DNA of 64,000 nucleotides from Eledone cirrhosa (taxonomy: Eukaryota), in assembly GCA_964016885.1 (NCBI GenBank), contig OZ024740.1, positions 406,596,001 to 406,660,000 on the forward strand, written 5' to 3'. Below, one piece after another: positions 44,201-58,645 of the stretch. The position numbers were made by a program, and so were the translations under genes. The notes below the pieces were generated by a model, which ran no database searches, was not told the origin of the DNA, and saw only the letters and a program-made list of their open reading frames with translations. Position 1 is the stretch's first letter; the number at the start of each line of letters is the position of its first letter.

Positions 44201-44950
44201 AGTAGTCATTGTGGATTCCGTCATTAGTTAGTAGACATTGTGGATTCCGTTATTAGTTAGTAGTCATTGTGGATTCCGTTATTAGTTAGTAGTCATTGTT
44301 GATTCCGTTATTAGTTAGTAATCATTCGCTAGAAGTCATTGTGGATTCCATGATTCGCTAGTAGTCATGGAGGATTCCGTTATTAGTTAGTAGTCATTGT
44401 GGATTTCATTATTAGTTAATAGTCATTAGTTAGTAGTCATTGTGGATTCCGTCATTAGCTAGTAGTCATTGTGGATTTAATTATTAGTTAGTAGTCATTA
44501 GTTAGTAGTCATTGTGGATTCCGTCATTAGTCAGTAGTCCTTGTGGATTCCGTCATAAGTTAGTAGTCATTGTTGATTCCGTTATTAGTTAGTAATCATT
44601 CGCTAGAAGTCATTGTGGATTCCATGATTCGCTAGTAGTCATGGAGGATTCCGTTATTAGTTAGTAGTCATTGTGGATTTCATTATTAGTTAATAGTCAT
44701 TAGTTAGTAGTCTTTGTGGATTCTGACATTAGTTAGTAGTCATTGTGCATTTGGTCATAAGTTAGTAGTCATTAGCTAGTAGTCATTAGCTAGTAGTCAT
44801 TGTGGTTACCTCATTCGCTAGTAGTCATTGTGGATTCCGTTATTAGTTAGTAGTCATTGTGGATTCCGTAATAAGCTAGTAGTCATTGGCGATTCCCTTA
44901 TTAGTTAGTAGTCATTGTGGATTCAGTTATTAGTTAGTAGTCATTGTGGA
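38280..44950. repeat. Higher-order repeat of about 1.4 kb, about 5 copies
   Basis: Marker TAGCATGTAG at 38341, 39466, 40865, 42307 and 43735 (spacing 1125, 1399, 1442, 1428). Confidence 0.88.
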
Positions 44951-46959
44951 TTCCGTTATTAGTTAGTAGTCATTGTGGATTCCGTCATTAGCTAGTAGTC
45001 ATTGTGGATTCCGTATTTAGTTAGTAGTCATAAGCTAGTAGTCATTGTGGATTCCGTCATTGGCTAGTAGTCATTGTGGATTCCGTTATTAGTTAGTAGT
45101 CAATGTGGATTCCGTCATTCGTTAGCAGTCATTGTGGATTCCATTATTAGTTAGTAGTCATTGTGGATTCCGTCATTCGCTAGTAGACATTGTGGATTCC
45201 GTCATTAGTTAGTAGTGATTGTGGATTCCCTCATCAGTTAGTAGTCATTGTGCATTCCGTTATTAGTTAGTAGTCATTGTGGATTCCGTTATTAGTTAGT
45301 AGTCATTAGCTAGTAGTCATTGTAGATTCCGTTATTAGTTAGTAGTCATTAGCTAGTAGTCATTGTGGATTCCGTCATTAGTTAGTAGTGATTGTGGATT
45401 CCGTCATTACCTAGTAGTCATTGTGAATTCCGTCATTAGCTAGTAGTCATTGTGGATTCCCTCATTAGTTAGTAGTCATTGTGGAATCCGTTATTAGTTA
45501 GTAGTCATTAGCTAGTAGTCATTGTGGATTCCGTCATTAGTTAATAGTCATTGTGGATTCCGTTATTAGTTAGTAGTCATTAGCTAGTAGTCATTGTGGA
45601 TTTCATTATTAGTTAGTAGTCATTAGTTAGTAGTCATTGTGGATTCCGTTATTAGTTAGTAGTCATTGTGGATTCCGTTATTAGTTAGTAGTCATTTTAG
45701 ATTACCTTATTAGTTAGTGGTCATTGTGGATTCCGTTATTAGTTAGTAGTCGTTGTGGATTCCGTTATCAGTTAGTAGTCGTAGTGGATTTCGTCATTAG
45801 CTAGTAGTCATTGTGGATTCCGTTATTAGTTACTAGTCATTAGCTAGTAGTCATTGTGGATTCCGTTATTAGTTAGTAGTCATTGTGGATTCCGTTATTA
45901 GATAGTAGTCATTAGCTAGTAGTCATTTAGGATTCCGTCATTCGCTAGTAGTCATTGTGGATTCCGTCATTAGTTAGTTGTCATTGTGGAGTACGTTATT
46001 AGTTAGTAGTCATTAACTAGTAGTCATTGTGGATTTCGTCATTCGCTAGTAGTCAATATGGATTCCATTATTAGTTAGTAGTCATTGTGGATTCCCTTAT
46101 TAGTTAGTAGTCATTGTGGATTCCGTTATTAGTCAGTAGTCATTAACAAGTAGTCATTGTAGATTCCGTCATTAGCTAGTAGTCATTATGGATTTAATTA
46201 TTAGTTAGTAGTCATTAGCTAGTGGTCATTGTGGATTCCGTCATTAGTTAGTAGTCATTGTGGATTCCGTCATTAGCTAGTAGTCATTGGCGATTCCGTT
46301 ATTAGTTAGTAGTCATTGTGGATTCCGTTATTAGTTAGTAGTCATTGTGGATTCCGTTATTAGTTAGTAGCCATTGTGGATTCCGTTATTAGTTAGTAGT
46401 CATTAGCTAGTAGTGACTGTGGATTCCGTTATTAGTTAGTAGTCATTAGCTAGTAGTCATTTCGGATTCCGTCATTAGTTAGTAGTCATTGTGGATTCCC
46501 TTATTAGTTACTAGTCATTAGCTACTAGTCATTCTGGATTTAATTATTAGTTATTAGTCATTAGCTAGTAGTCATTGCGGATTCCCTCATTAGTTAATAG
46601 TCATTGTGGATTCCGTCATTAGTTAGTAGTCATTGTGGATTCCGTCATTTGTTAGTAGTCATTAGCTAGTAGTCATTGTGGATTCCGTCATTAGCTAGTA
46701 GTCATTGTGGATTCCGTTATTAGTTAGTAGTGATTAGCTAGTAGTCATTGTTGATTTCCGTCCTTAGCTAGTAGTCATTGTGGATTCCGTTATTCGTTAG
46801 TAGTCATTAGCTAGTAGTCATTGTGGATTCCGTCATTCGCTAACAGTCATTGAGGATTCCGTCATTAGTTAGTAGTCATTGTGGATTCCGACATTAGGTA
46901 GTAGTCATTGTGGATTCCGTTATTAGTTAGTAGTCATTAGCTAGTAGTCATTAGCTAGT

Positions 46960-49900
46960 AGTCATTGTGGATTCCGTCATTCGCTAATAGTCATTGAGGA
47001 TTCCGTCATTAGTTAGTAATCATTGTGGATTCCGTCATTAATTAGTAGTCATTGTGGATTCCGTTATTAGTTAGTAGTCATTGTGGATTCCCTCATTAGT
47101 TAGTAGTCATTGTGCATTCAGTTATTAGTTAGGAGTCATTAGTTAGTAGTCATTGTGGATTCCGTTATTAGTTAGTAGTCTTTGTGGATTCCGTTATTAG
47201 TCGGTAGTCATTGTAGATTCCGTTATTAGTTAGTAGTCATTAGCTAGTAGTCATTGTGGATTCCATCATTAGTTAGTAGTCATTGTGGATTCCGTTATTA
47301 GTTAGTAGTCATTGTCGATTCCGTTATTAGTTAGTAGCCATTGTGGATTCGGTTAATAGTTAGTAATCATTAGCTAGTAGTCGTTGTGGATTCCGTTATT
47401 AGTTAGTAGTCATTAGCTAGAAGTCATTGTGGAGTTCATTATTAGTTAGTAGTCATTGGCTAGTAGTCATTGTGGATTTCGTTATTAGTTAGTAGTCATT
47501 AGCTATTAGTCATTGTGGATTTCATTATTAGTTAGTAGTCATTAGCTAGTAGTCATTGTGGATTCCCTCATTAGTTAGTTGTCATTGTGGAATCCGTTAT
47601 TAGTTAGTAATCATTAGCTAGTAGTCATTGTGGATTCCGTCATTAGTTAGTAGTCATTGTGGATTCCGTTATTAGTTAGTAGTCATTAGCTAGTAGTCAT
47701 TGTGGCTTCCGTTATTAGTTCGTAGTCATTGTGGATTCCGTTATTAGTTAGTAGTCATTTTAGATTCCCTTATTAGTTAGTGGTCATTGTGGATTCTGTT
47801 ATTAGTTAGTAGTCGTTGTGGATTCCGTTATTAGTTAGTAGTCGTAGTGGATTCCGTCATTAGCTAGTAGTCATTGTGGATTCCGTTATTAGTTACTAGT
47901 CATTGTGGATTCCGTTATTAGTTAGTAGTTATTTAGGATTCCGTCATTAGCTAGTAGTCATTGTGGATTCCGTCATTAGTTAGTAGTCATTGTGGAGTCC
48001 GTTATTAGTTAGTAGTCATTAACTAGTAGTCATTGTGGATTCCGTCATTCGCTAGTAGGCATTATGGATTCCATTATTAGTTAGAAGTCATTAGCTAGTG
48101 GTCATTGTGGATTCCGTCATTAGTTAGTAGTCATTGGGGATTCCGTTATTAGTTAGTAGTCATTAACAAGTAGTTATTGTAGATTCCGTCATTAGCTAGT
48201 AGTCATTGTGGATTTAATTATTAGTTAGTAGTCATTAGCTAGTAGTCATTGTGGATTCTTTCATTAGTTAGTAGTTATTGTGGAATCCGTTATTAGTTAG
48301 TAGTCATTAGCTAGTAGTCATTGTGGATTCCGTCATTAGTTAGTAGTCATTAGTTAGTAGTCATTGTGGATTCCGTTATTAGTTAGTAGTCATTGTGGAT
48401 TCCGTTCTTACTTAGTAGTCATTTTAGATTCCCTTATTAGTTAGTAGTCATTGTGGATTCCGTCATTAGTTAATAGTCATTGTGTATCCGTCATTAGTTA
48501 GTTGTCATTAGCTAGTCGTCATTGTGGCTTCCATCATTAGTTAGTAGTCATTGTGGATTCCGTTATTAGTTAGTAGTCATTAACTAGTAGTCATTGTAGA
48601 TTCCGTCATTAGTTAGTAGTCATTGTGGATTCCGTCATCAGTTAGTAGTCATTGTGGATTCCGTTATTAGTTAGTAGTCATTGGGGATTCCGTCATTAGC
48701 TAGTAGTCATTGTGGATTCCATCATTCGCTAGTAGTCATGGAGGATTCCGTTATTTGTTAGTAGTTATTGTGGATTTCATTATTAGTTAGTAGTCATGAG
48801 TTAGTAGTCTTTGTGGATTCTGTCATTAGTTAGTAGTCATTGTGCATTCCGTCATTAGTTAGTAGTCATTAGCTAGTAGTCATTAGCTAGTAGTCATTGT
48901 GGATTACGTCATTCGCTAGTAGTCATTGTGGATTCCGTTATTAGTTAGTAGTCATTGTGGATTCCGTCATTAGCTAGTAGTCATTGGCGATTCCGTTATT
49001 AGTTAGTAGTCATTGTGGATTCCATCATTCGCTAGTAGTCATGGAGGATTCCGTTATTTGTTAGTAGTTATTGTGGATTTCATTATTAGTTAGTAGTCAT
49101 TAGTTAGTAGTCTTTGTGGATTCTGTCATTAGTTAGTAGTCATTGTGCATTCCGTCATTAGTTAGTAGTCATTAGCTAGTAGTCATTAGCTAGTAGTCAT
49201 TGTGGATTCCGTCATTCGTTAGGAGTCATTGTGGATTCAGTTATTAGTTAGCAGTCATTGTGGATTCCGTTATTAGTTAGTAGCCATTGTGGATTCCGTT
49301 ATTTGATAGTAGTCATTAGCTATTAGTCACTGTGGATTCCGTTATTAGTTAGTACTCATGAGCTAGTACTCATTTTGGATTCCGTCATTAGTTACTAGTC
49401 ATTGTGGATTCCGTTAATAGTTAGTAGTCATTAGCTAGTAGTCATTGTGGATTCCGTCATTACCTAGTAGTCATTGTGGATTCCGTCATTACCTAGTAGT
49501 CATTGTGGATTCCGTTATTAGCTAGTAGTCATTGTGGATTCAGTTATTAGTTAGTAGTGATTAGCTAGTAGTCATTGTGGATTTCATTATTAGTTAGTAG
49601 TCATTAGCTAGTAGTCATTGTGGATTCCCTACTTAGTTAGTAGTCATTGTGGATTCCATTATTAGTTAGTAGTCATCAGTTGGTAGCCTTTGTGGATTTC
49701 ATTATTAGTTAGTAGACATTAGTTGGTAGTCTTTGTGGATTCCGTCATTAGTTAGTAGTCATTGTGGATTCCATCATTAGTTAGTAGTCATTAGCTAGTA
49801 GTCATTAGCTAGTAGTCATTGTGGATTCCATCATTCGCTAGTAGACATTGTGGATTCCGTTATTAGTTAGTAGTCATTGTGCATTCCGTCATTAGCTAGT

Positions 49901-52900
49901 AGTTATTGTGGATTCAGTTATTAGTTAGTAGTCATAAGCTAGTAGTCATTGTGGATTTCATAATTAGTTAGTAGTCATTAGCTACTACTCATTGTGGATT
50001 CCCTCATTAGTTAGTAGTCATTGTGGAATCCGTTATTAGTTAGTAGTCATTAGCTAGTAGTCATTGTGGATTCCGTCATTAGTTAGAAGTCATTGTGGAT
50101 TCCGTTATTAGTTAGTAGTCACTAGCTAGTAGTCATTGTGGATTTCATTATTAGTTAGTAGTCATTAGTTAGTAGTCATTGTGGATTCCGTTATTAGTTA
50201 GTAGTCGTAGTGGATTCCGTCATTAGCTAGTAGTCATTGTGGATTCCGTTATTAGATACTAGTCATTAGCTAGTAGTCATTGTGGATTCCGTTATTAGTT
50301 AGTAGTCATTGTGGATTCCGTTATTAGTTAGTAGTCATTGTGAAGTACGTTATTAGTTAGTAGTCATTAACTAGTAGTCATTGTGGATTTCGTCATTCGC
50401 TAGTAGTCAATATGGATTCCATTATTAGTTAGTAGTCATTTGGGATCCCATTATTAGTTAGTAGTCATTGTGGATTCCGTTATTAGTTAATAGTCATTAA
50501 CTACCAGTCATTGTGGATCCGTCATTAGTTAGTAGTCATTGTGGATTCCGTTATTAGTTAGTAGTCATTGTGGATTCCGTTATTAGTTAGTAGTCATTAA
50601 CAAGTAGTCATTGTAGATTCCGTCATTAGCTAGTAGTCATTGTGGATTCTTTCATTAGTTAGTAGTCATTGTGGAATCCGTTATTAGTTAGTAGTCATTA
50701 GCTAGTAGTCATTGTGGATTCCGTCATTAGTTAGTAGTCATTAGTTAGTAGTCATTGTGGATTCCGTTATTAGTTAGTAGTCATTGTGGATTCCTTTCTT
50801 ACTTAGTAGTCATTTTAGATTCCCTTATTAGTTAGTAGTCATTGTCGATTCCGTCATTAGTTAATAGTCATTGTGGATCCGTCATTAGTTAGTAGTCATT
50901 AGCTAGTCGTCATTGTGGCTTCCATCATTAGTTAGTAGTTATTGTGGATTTCATTATTAGTTAATAGTCATTAGTTAGTAGTCTTTGTGGATTCTGTCAT
51001 TAGTTAGTAGTCCTTGTGCATTCCGTCATTAGTTAGTAGTCATTAGCTAGTAGTCATTAGCTAGTAGTCATTGTGGATTCCGTCATTCGCTAATAGTCAT
51101 TGAGGATTCCGTCATTAGTTAGTAATCATTGTGGATTCCGTCATTAATTAGTAGTCATTGTGGATTCCGTTATTAGTTAGTAGTCATTGTGGATTCCGTC
51201 ATTAGCTAGTAGTCATTGAGGATTCCCTCATTAGTTAGTAGACATTGTGGATTCCGTTATTAGTTAGGAGTCGTGGTGGATTCCGTTGTTAGTTAGTAGT
51301 CTTAGTGGATTCCGCCATTAACTAGTAGTCATTGTGGATTCCGTTATTAGTTAGTAGTCATTAGTTAGTAGTCATTGTGGATTCCGTTATTAGTTAGTAG
51401 TCATTGTGGATTCCGTTATTAGTCGGTAGTCATTGTAGATTCCGTTATTAGTTAGTAGTCATTAGCTAGTAGTCATTGTGGATTCCATCATTAGTTAGTA
51501 GTCATTGTGGCTTCCGTTATTAGTTAGTAGTCATTGTGGATTCCGTTATTAGTTAGTAGCCATTGTGGATTCCGTTAATAGTTAGTAATCATTAGCTAGT
51601 AGTCGTTGTGGATTCCGTTATTAGTTAGTAGTCATTAGCTAGAAGTCATTGTGGAGTTCATTATTAGTTAGTAGTCATTAGCTAGTAGTCATTGTGGATT
51701 TCATTATTAGTTAGTAGTCATTAGCTATTAGTCATTGTGGATTTCATTATTAGTTAGTAGTCATTAGCTAGTAGTCATTGTGGATTCCCTCATTAGTTAG
51801 TTGTCATTGTGGAATCCGTTATTAGTTAGTAATCATTAGCTAGTAGTCATTGTGGATTCCGTCATTAGTTAGTAGTCATTGTGGATTCCGTTATTAGTTA
51901 GTAGTCATTAGCTAGTAGTCATTGTGGCTTCCGTTATTAGTTCGTAGTCATTGTGGATTCCGTTATTAGTTAGTAGTCATTTTAGATTCCCTTATTAGTT
52001 AGTGGTCATTGTGGATTCTGTTATTAGTTAGTAGTCGTTGTGGATTCCGTTATTAGTTAGTAGTCGTAGTGGATTCCGTCATTAGCTAGTAGTCATTGTG
52101 GATTCCGTTATTAGTTACTAGTCATTGTGGAATCCGTTATTAGTTAGTAGTTATTTAGGATTCCGTCATTAGCTAGTAGTCATTGTGGATTCCGTCATTA
52201 GTTAGTAGTCATTGTGGAGTCCGTTATTAGTTAGTAGTCATTAACTAGTAGTCATTGTGGATTCCGTCATTCGCTAGTAGGCATTATGGATTCCATTATT
52301 AGTTAGAAGTCATTAGCTAGTGGTCATTGTGGATTCCGTCATTAGTTAGTAGTCATTGTGGATTCCGTTATTAGTTAGTAGTCATTAACAAGTAGTTATT
52401 GTAGATTCCGTCATTAGCTAGTAGTCATTGTGGATTTAATTATTAGTTAGTAGTCATTAGCTAGTAGTCATTGTGGATTCTTTCATTAGTTAGTAGTTAT
52501 TGTGGAATCCGTTATTAGTTAGTAGTCATTAGCTAGTAGTCATTGTGGATTCCGTCATTAGTTAGTAGTCATTAGTTAGTAGTCATTAGTTAGTTGTCAT
52601 TGTGGATTCCGTTATTAGTTAGTAGTCATTGTGGATTCCGTTCTTACTTAGTAGTCATTTTAGATTCCCTTATTAGTTAGTAGTCATTGTGGATTCCGTC
52701 ATTAGTTAATAGTCATTGTGTATCCGTCATTAGTTAGTTGTCATTAGCTAGTCGTCATTGTGGCTTCCATCATTAGTTAGTAGTCATTGTGGATTCCGTT
52801 ATTAGTTAGTAGTCATTAACTAGTAGTCATTGTAGATTCCGTCATTAGTTAGTAGTCATTGTGGATTCCGTCATCAGTTAGTAGTCATTGTGGATTCCCT

Positions 52901-55900
52901 TATTAGTTAGTAGTCATTGGGGATTCCGTCATTAGCTAGTAGTCATTGTGGATTCCATCATTCGCTAGTAGTCATGGAGGATTCCGTTATTTGTTAGTAG
53001 TTATTGTGGATTTCATTATTAGTTAGTAGTCATTAGTTAGTAGTCTTTGTGGATTCTGTCATTAGTTAGTAGTCATTGTGCATTCCGTCATTAGTTAGTA
53101 GTCATTAGCTAGTAGTCATTGTGGCTTCCGTTATTAGTTCGTAGTCATTGTGGATTCCGTTATTAGTTAGTAGTCATTTTAGATTCCCTTATTAGTTAGT
53201 GGTCATTGTGGATTCTGTTATTAGTTAGTAGTCGTTGTGGATTCCGTTATTAGTTAGTAGTCGTAGTGGATTCCGTCATTAGCTAGTAGTCATTGTGGAT
53301 TCCGTTATTAGTTACTAGTCATTGTGGATTCCGTTATTAGTTAGTAGTTATTTAGGATTCCGTCATTAGCTAGTAGTCATTGTGGATTCCGTCATTAGTT
53401 AGTAGTCATTGTGGAGTCCGTTATTAGTTAGTAGTCATTAACTAGTAGTCATTGTGGATTCCGTCATTCGCTAGTAGGCATTATGGATTCCATTATTAGT
53501 TAGAAGTCATTAGCTAGTGGTCATTGTGGATTCCGTCATTAGTTAGTAGTCATTGTGGATTCCGTTATTAGTTAGTAGTCATTAACAAGTAGTTATTGTA
53601 GATTCCGTCATTAGCTAGTAGTCATTGTGGATTTAATTATTAGTTAGTAGTCATTAGCTAGTAGTCATTGTGGATTCTTTCATTAGTTAGTAGTTATTGT
53701 GGAATCCGTTATTAGTTAGTAGTCATTGTGGATTCCGTCATTAGTTAGTAGTCATTAGTTAGTAGTCATTGTGGATTCCGTTATTAGTTAGTAGTCATTG
53801 TGGATTCCGTTCTTACTTAGTAGTCATTTCAGATTCCCTTATTAGTTAGTAGTCATTGTGGATTCCGTCATTAGTTAATAGTCATTGTGTATCCGTCATT
53901 AGTTAGTTGTCATTAGCTAGTCGTCATTGTGGCTTCCATCATTAGTTAGTAGTCATTGTGGATTCCGTTATTAGTTAGTAGTCATTAACTAGTAGTCATT
54001 GTAGATTCCGTCATTAGTTAGTAGTCATTGTGGATTCCGTCATCAGTTAGTAGTCATTGTGGATTCCGTTATTAGTTAGTAGTCATTGGGGATTCCGTCA
54101 TTAGCTAGTAGTCATTGTGGATTCCATCATTCGCTAGTAGTCATGGAGGATTCCGTTATTTGTTAGTAGTTATTGTGGATTTCATTATTAGTTAGTAGTC
54201 ATTAGTTAGTAGTCATTAGCTAGTAGTCATTGTGGATTCCGTCATTCGTTAGGAGTCATTGTGGATTCCGTTATTAGTTAGCAGTCATTGTGGATTCCGT
54301 TATTAGTTAGTAGCCATTGTGGATTCCGTTATTTGATAGTAGTCATTAGCTATTAGTCACTGTGGATTCCGTTATTAGTTAGTACTCATGAGCTAGTACT
54401 CATTTTGGATTCCGTCATTAGTTACTAGTCATTGTGGATTCCGTTAATAGTTAGTAGTCATTAGCTAGTAGTCATTGTGGATTCCGTCATTACCTAGTAG
54501 TCATTGTGGATTCCGTCATTACCTAGTAGTCATTGTGGATTCCGTTATTAGCTAGTAGTCATTGTGGATTCAGTTATTAGTTAGTAGTCATTAGCTAGTA
54601 GTCATTGTGGATTTCATTATTAGTTAGTAGTCATTAGCTAGTAGTCATTGTGGATTCCCTACTTAGTTAGTAGTCATTGTGGATTCCATTATTAGTTAGT
54701 AGTCATCAGTTGGTAGCCTTTGTGGATTTCATTATTAGTTAGTAGACATTAGTTGGTAGTCTTTGTGGATTCCGTCATTAGTTAGTAGTCATTGTGGATT
54801 CCGTCATTAGTTAGTAGTCATTAGCTAGTAGTCATTAGCTAGTAGTCATTGTGGATTCCATCATTCGCTAGTAGACATTGTGGATTCCGTTATTAGTTAG
54901 TAGTCATTGTGCATTCCGTCATTAGCTAGTAGTTATTGTGGATTCAGTTATTAGTTAGTAGTCATAAGCTAGTAGTCATTGTGGATTTCATTATTAGTTA
55001 GTAGTCATTAGCTAGTAGTCATTGTGGATTCCCTCATTAGTTAGTAGTCATTGTGGAATCCGTTATTAGTTAGTAGTCATTAGCTAGTAGTCATTGTGGA
55101 TTCCGTCATTAGTTAGAAGTCATTGTGGATTCCGTTATTAGTTAGTAGTCATTAGCTAGTAGTCATTGTGGATTTCATTATTAGTTAGTAGTCATTAGTT
55201 AGTAGTCATTGTGGATTCCGTTATTAATTAGTAGTCATTGTGGATTCCGTTATTAGTTACTAGTCATTAGCTCGTAGTCATTGTGGATTCCGTTATTAGT
55301 TAGTAGTCATTGTGGATTCCGTTATTAGTTAGTAGTCATTGTGAAGTACGTTATTAGTTAGTAGTCATTAACTAGTAGTCATTGTGGATTTCGTCATTCG
55401 CTAGTAGTCAATATGGATTCCATTATTGGTTAGTAGTCATTTGGGATCCCATTATTAGTTAGTAGTCATTGTGGATTCCGTTATTAGTTAATAGTCATTA
55501 ACTACCAGTCATTGTGGATCCGTCATTAGTTAGTAGTCATTGTGGATTCCGTTATTAGTTAGTAGTCATTGTGGATTCCGTTATTAGTTAGTAGTCATTA
55601 ACAAGTAGTCATTGTAGATTCCGTCATTAGCTAGTAGTCATTGTGGATTCTTTCATCAGTTAGTAGTCATTGTGGAATCCGTTATTAGTTAGTAGTCATT
55701 AGCTAGTAGTCATTGTGGATTCCGTCATTAGTTAGTAGTCATTAGTTAGTAGTCATTGTGGATTCCGTTATTAGTTAGTAGTCATTGTGGATTCCGTTCT
55801 TACTTAGTAGTCATTTTAGATTCCCTTATTAGTTAGTAGTCATTGTGGATTCCGTCATTAGTTAATAGTCATTGTTGATCCGTCATTAGTTAGTAGTCAT

Positions 55901-56050
55901 TAGCTAGTCGTCATTGTGGCTTCCATCATTAGTTAGTAGTTATTGTGGATTTCATTATTAGTTAATAGTCATTAGTTAGTAGTCTTTGTGGATTCTGTCA
56001 TTAGTTAGTAGTCCTTGTGCATTCCGTCATTAGCTAGTAGTCATTAGCTA
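46960..56050. repeat. Higher-order duplication of about 4.2 kb with a nested 1197-bp duplication
   Basis: TCGGTAG 47201/51423 and GCTAGTAGGC 48051/52273 (offset 4222); third GCTAGTAGGC at 53470 (+1197); TGAAGTACG 50341/55342. Confidence 0.8.
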
Positions 56051-58545
56051 GTAGTCATTGTGGATTACGTCATTCGCTAGTAGTCATTGTGGATTCCGTT
56101 ATTAGTTAGTAGTCATTGTGTATTCCGTCATTAGCTAGTAGTCATTGGCGATTCCGTTATTTGTTAGTAGTCATTGTGGATTCCGTCATTCGTTAGGAGT
56201 CATTGTGTATTCCGTTATTAGTTAGCAGTCATTGTGGATTCCGTTATTAGTTCGTAGCCATTGTGCATTCCGTTATTTGATAGTAGTCATTAGCTATTAG
56301 TCACTGTGGATTCCGTTATTAGTTAGTACTCATGAGCTAGTAGTCATTTTGGATTCCGTCATTAGTTACTAGTCATTGTAGATTCCGTTATTAGTTAGTA
56401 GTCATTAGCTAGTAGTCATTGTGGATTCCGTCATTACCTAGTAGTCATTGTGGATTCCGTCATTACCTAGTAGTCATTGTGGATTCCGTTATTAGCTAGT
56501 AGTCATTGTGGATTCAGTTATTAGTTAGTAGTCATTAGCTAGTAGTCATTGTGGATTTCATTATTAGTTAGTAGTCATTAGCTAGTAGTCATTGTGGATT
56601 CCCTCCTTAGTTAGTAGTCATTGTGGATTCCATTATTAGTTAGTAGTCATCAGTTGGTAGCCTTTGTGGATTTCATTATTAGTTAGTAGACATTAGGTGA
56701 TAGACTTTGTGGATTCCGTCATTAGTTAGTAGTCATTGTGGATTCCGTCATTAGTTAGTAGTCATTAGCTAGTAGTCATTAGCTAGTAGTCATTGTGGAT
56801 TCCATCATTCGCTAGTAGACATTGTGGATTCCGTTATTAGTTAGTAGTCATTGTGCATTCCGTCATTAGCTAGTAGTTATTGTGGATTCAGTTATTAGTT
56901 AGTAGTCATAAGCTAGTAGTCATTGTGGATTTCATTATTAGTTAGTAGTCATTAGCTAGTAGTCATTGTGGATTCCCTCATTAGTTAGTAGTCATTGTGG
57001 AATCCGTTATTAGTTAGTAGTCATTAGCTAGTAGTCATTGTGGATTCCGTCATTAGTTAGTAGTCATTGTGGATTCCGTTATTAGTTAGTAGTCATTAGC
57101 TAGTAGTCATTGTGGATTTCATTATTGGTTAGTAGTCATTAGTTAGTAGTCATTGTGGATTCCGTTATTAGTTAGTAGTCGTAGTGGATTCCGTCATTAG
57201 CTAGTAGTCATTGTGGATTCCGTTATTAGTTACTAGTCATTAGCTAGTAGTCATTGTGGATTCCGTTATTAGTTAGTAGTCATTGTGGATTCCGTTATTA
57301 GTTAGTAGTCATTGTGGATTCCGTTATTAGTTAGTAGTCATTAGCTAGTAGTCATTTAGGATTCCGTCATTCGCTAGTAGTCATTGTGGATTCCGTCATT
57401 AGTTAGTAGTCATTGTGGAGTACGTTATTAGTTAGTAGTCATTAACTAGTAGTCATTGTGGATTTCGTCATTGGCTAGTAGTCAATATGGATTCCATTAT
57501 TAGTTAGTAGTCATTTGGAATCCCATTATTAGTTAGTAGTCATTGTGAATTCCGTTATTAGTTAATAGTCATTAACTACCAGTCATTGTGGATCCGTCAT
57601 TAGTTAGTAGTCATTGTGGATTCCGTTATTAGTTAGTAGTCATTGTGGATTCCGTTATTAGTTAGTAGTCATTAACAAGTAGTCATTGTAGATTCCGTCA
57701 TTAAATAGTAGTCATTGTGGATTTAATTATTAGTTAGTAGTCATTAGCTAGTGGTCATTGTGGATTCCGTCATTAGTTAGTTGTCAATGTGGATTCCGTC
57801 ATTAGCTAGTAGTCCTTGGCGATTCCGTTATTAGTTAGTAGTCATTGTGGATTCCGTTATTAGTTAGTAGTCATTAGCTAGTAGTCACTGTGGATTCCGT
57901 TATTAGTTAGTAGTCATTAGCTAGTAGTCATTTAGGATTCCGTCATTAGTTAGTAGTCTTTGTGGATTCCGTTATTAGTTAGTAGTCTATAGCTAGTAGT
58001 CATTTTGGATTTCATTATTAGTTATTAGTCATTAGCTAGTAGTCATTGTGGATTCCCTCATTAGTTAATAGTCATTGTGGATTCCGTTATTAGTTAGTAG
58101 TCATTAGCTAGTAGTCATTTAGGATTCCGTCATTAGTTAGTAGTCATTGTGGATTCCCTTGTTAGTTAGTAGTCATTAGCTAGTAGTCATTTTGGATTTC
58201 ATTATTAGTTATTAGTCATTAGCTAGTAGTCATTGTGGATTCTCTCATTAGTTAATATTCATCGTGGATTTCATTATTAGTTATTAGTCATTAGTTAGTA
58301 GTCTTTGTGGATTCCGTCATTTGTAAGTAGTCATTAGCTAGTAGTCATTGTGGATTCCGCCATTCGCTAGTAGTCATTGTGGATTCCGTTATTAGTTAGT
58401 AGTCATTAGTTAGTAGTCATTGTGGATTTCATTATTAGTTAGTAGTGATTAGCTAGTAGTCATTGTGGATTCCCACCTTAGTTAGTAGTCATTGTGGATT
58501 CCATTATTAGTTAGTAGTCATCAGTTGGTAGCCTTTGTGGATTTC

Positions 58546-58560
58546 ATTATTAGTTAGTAG
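58546..58560 (+). repeat. Left target-site duplication ATTATTAGTTAGTAG
   Basis: Identical to 58744-58758. Empty paralogous sites (e.g. 61077-61091) carry only one copy between ...GCCTTTGTGGATTTC and ACATTAGTTGGTAG. Confidence 0.92.
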
Positions 58561-58570
58561 GGCGGTGGAT

Positions 58571-58582
58571 TGGCAGTATCGG
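58571..58582 (+). promoter_or_regulatory. RNA polymerase III type-2 internal promoter A box
   Basis: TGGCAGTATCGG at +11 from the element start; imperfect match to the TRGCNNARYNGG-type A-box consensus. Confidence 0.7.
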
Positions 58583-58633
58583 TAGAGGGTCGGACGCCAT
58601 GCTTTCCAGCATAGTTACGTCCCTTTACCATCT

Positions 58634-58645
58634 GAGTTCAAATCC
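58634..58645 (+). promoter_or_regulatory. RNA polymerase III type-2 internal promoter B box
   Basis: GAGTTCAAATCC contains the GTTCRANNC B-box consensus, about 50 bp downstream of the A box. Confidence 0.85.

Larger units (their letters stand above)
1..58560. repeat. Tandem satellite array, left arm: mixed 29/43/57-bp monomers built from A=GTCATTGTGGATTCC, B=GTYATTAGTTAGTA, C=GTCATTAGCTAGTA; runs off the left window edge
   Basis: Continuous repetition of GTCATTGTGGATTCC-GT(T/C)ATTAGTTAGTA with optional GTCATTAGCTAGTA blocks on every line. The AB 29-mer has G7 T13 C3 A6 (about 34% GC, strongly G/T-skewed on +). No inverted copies seen. Confidence 0.99.
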
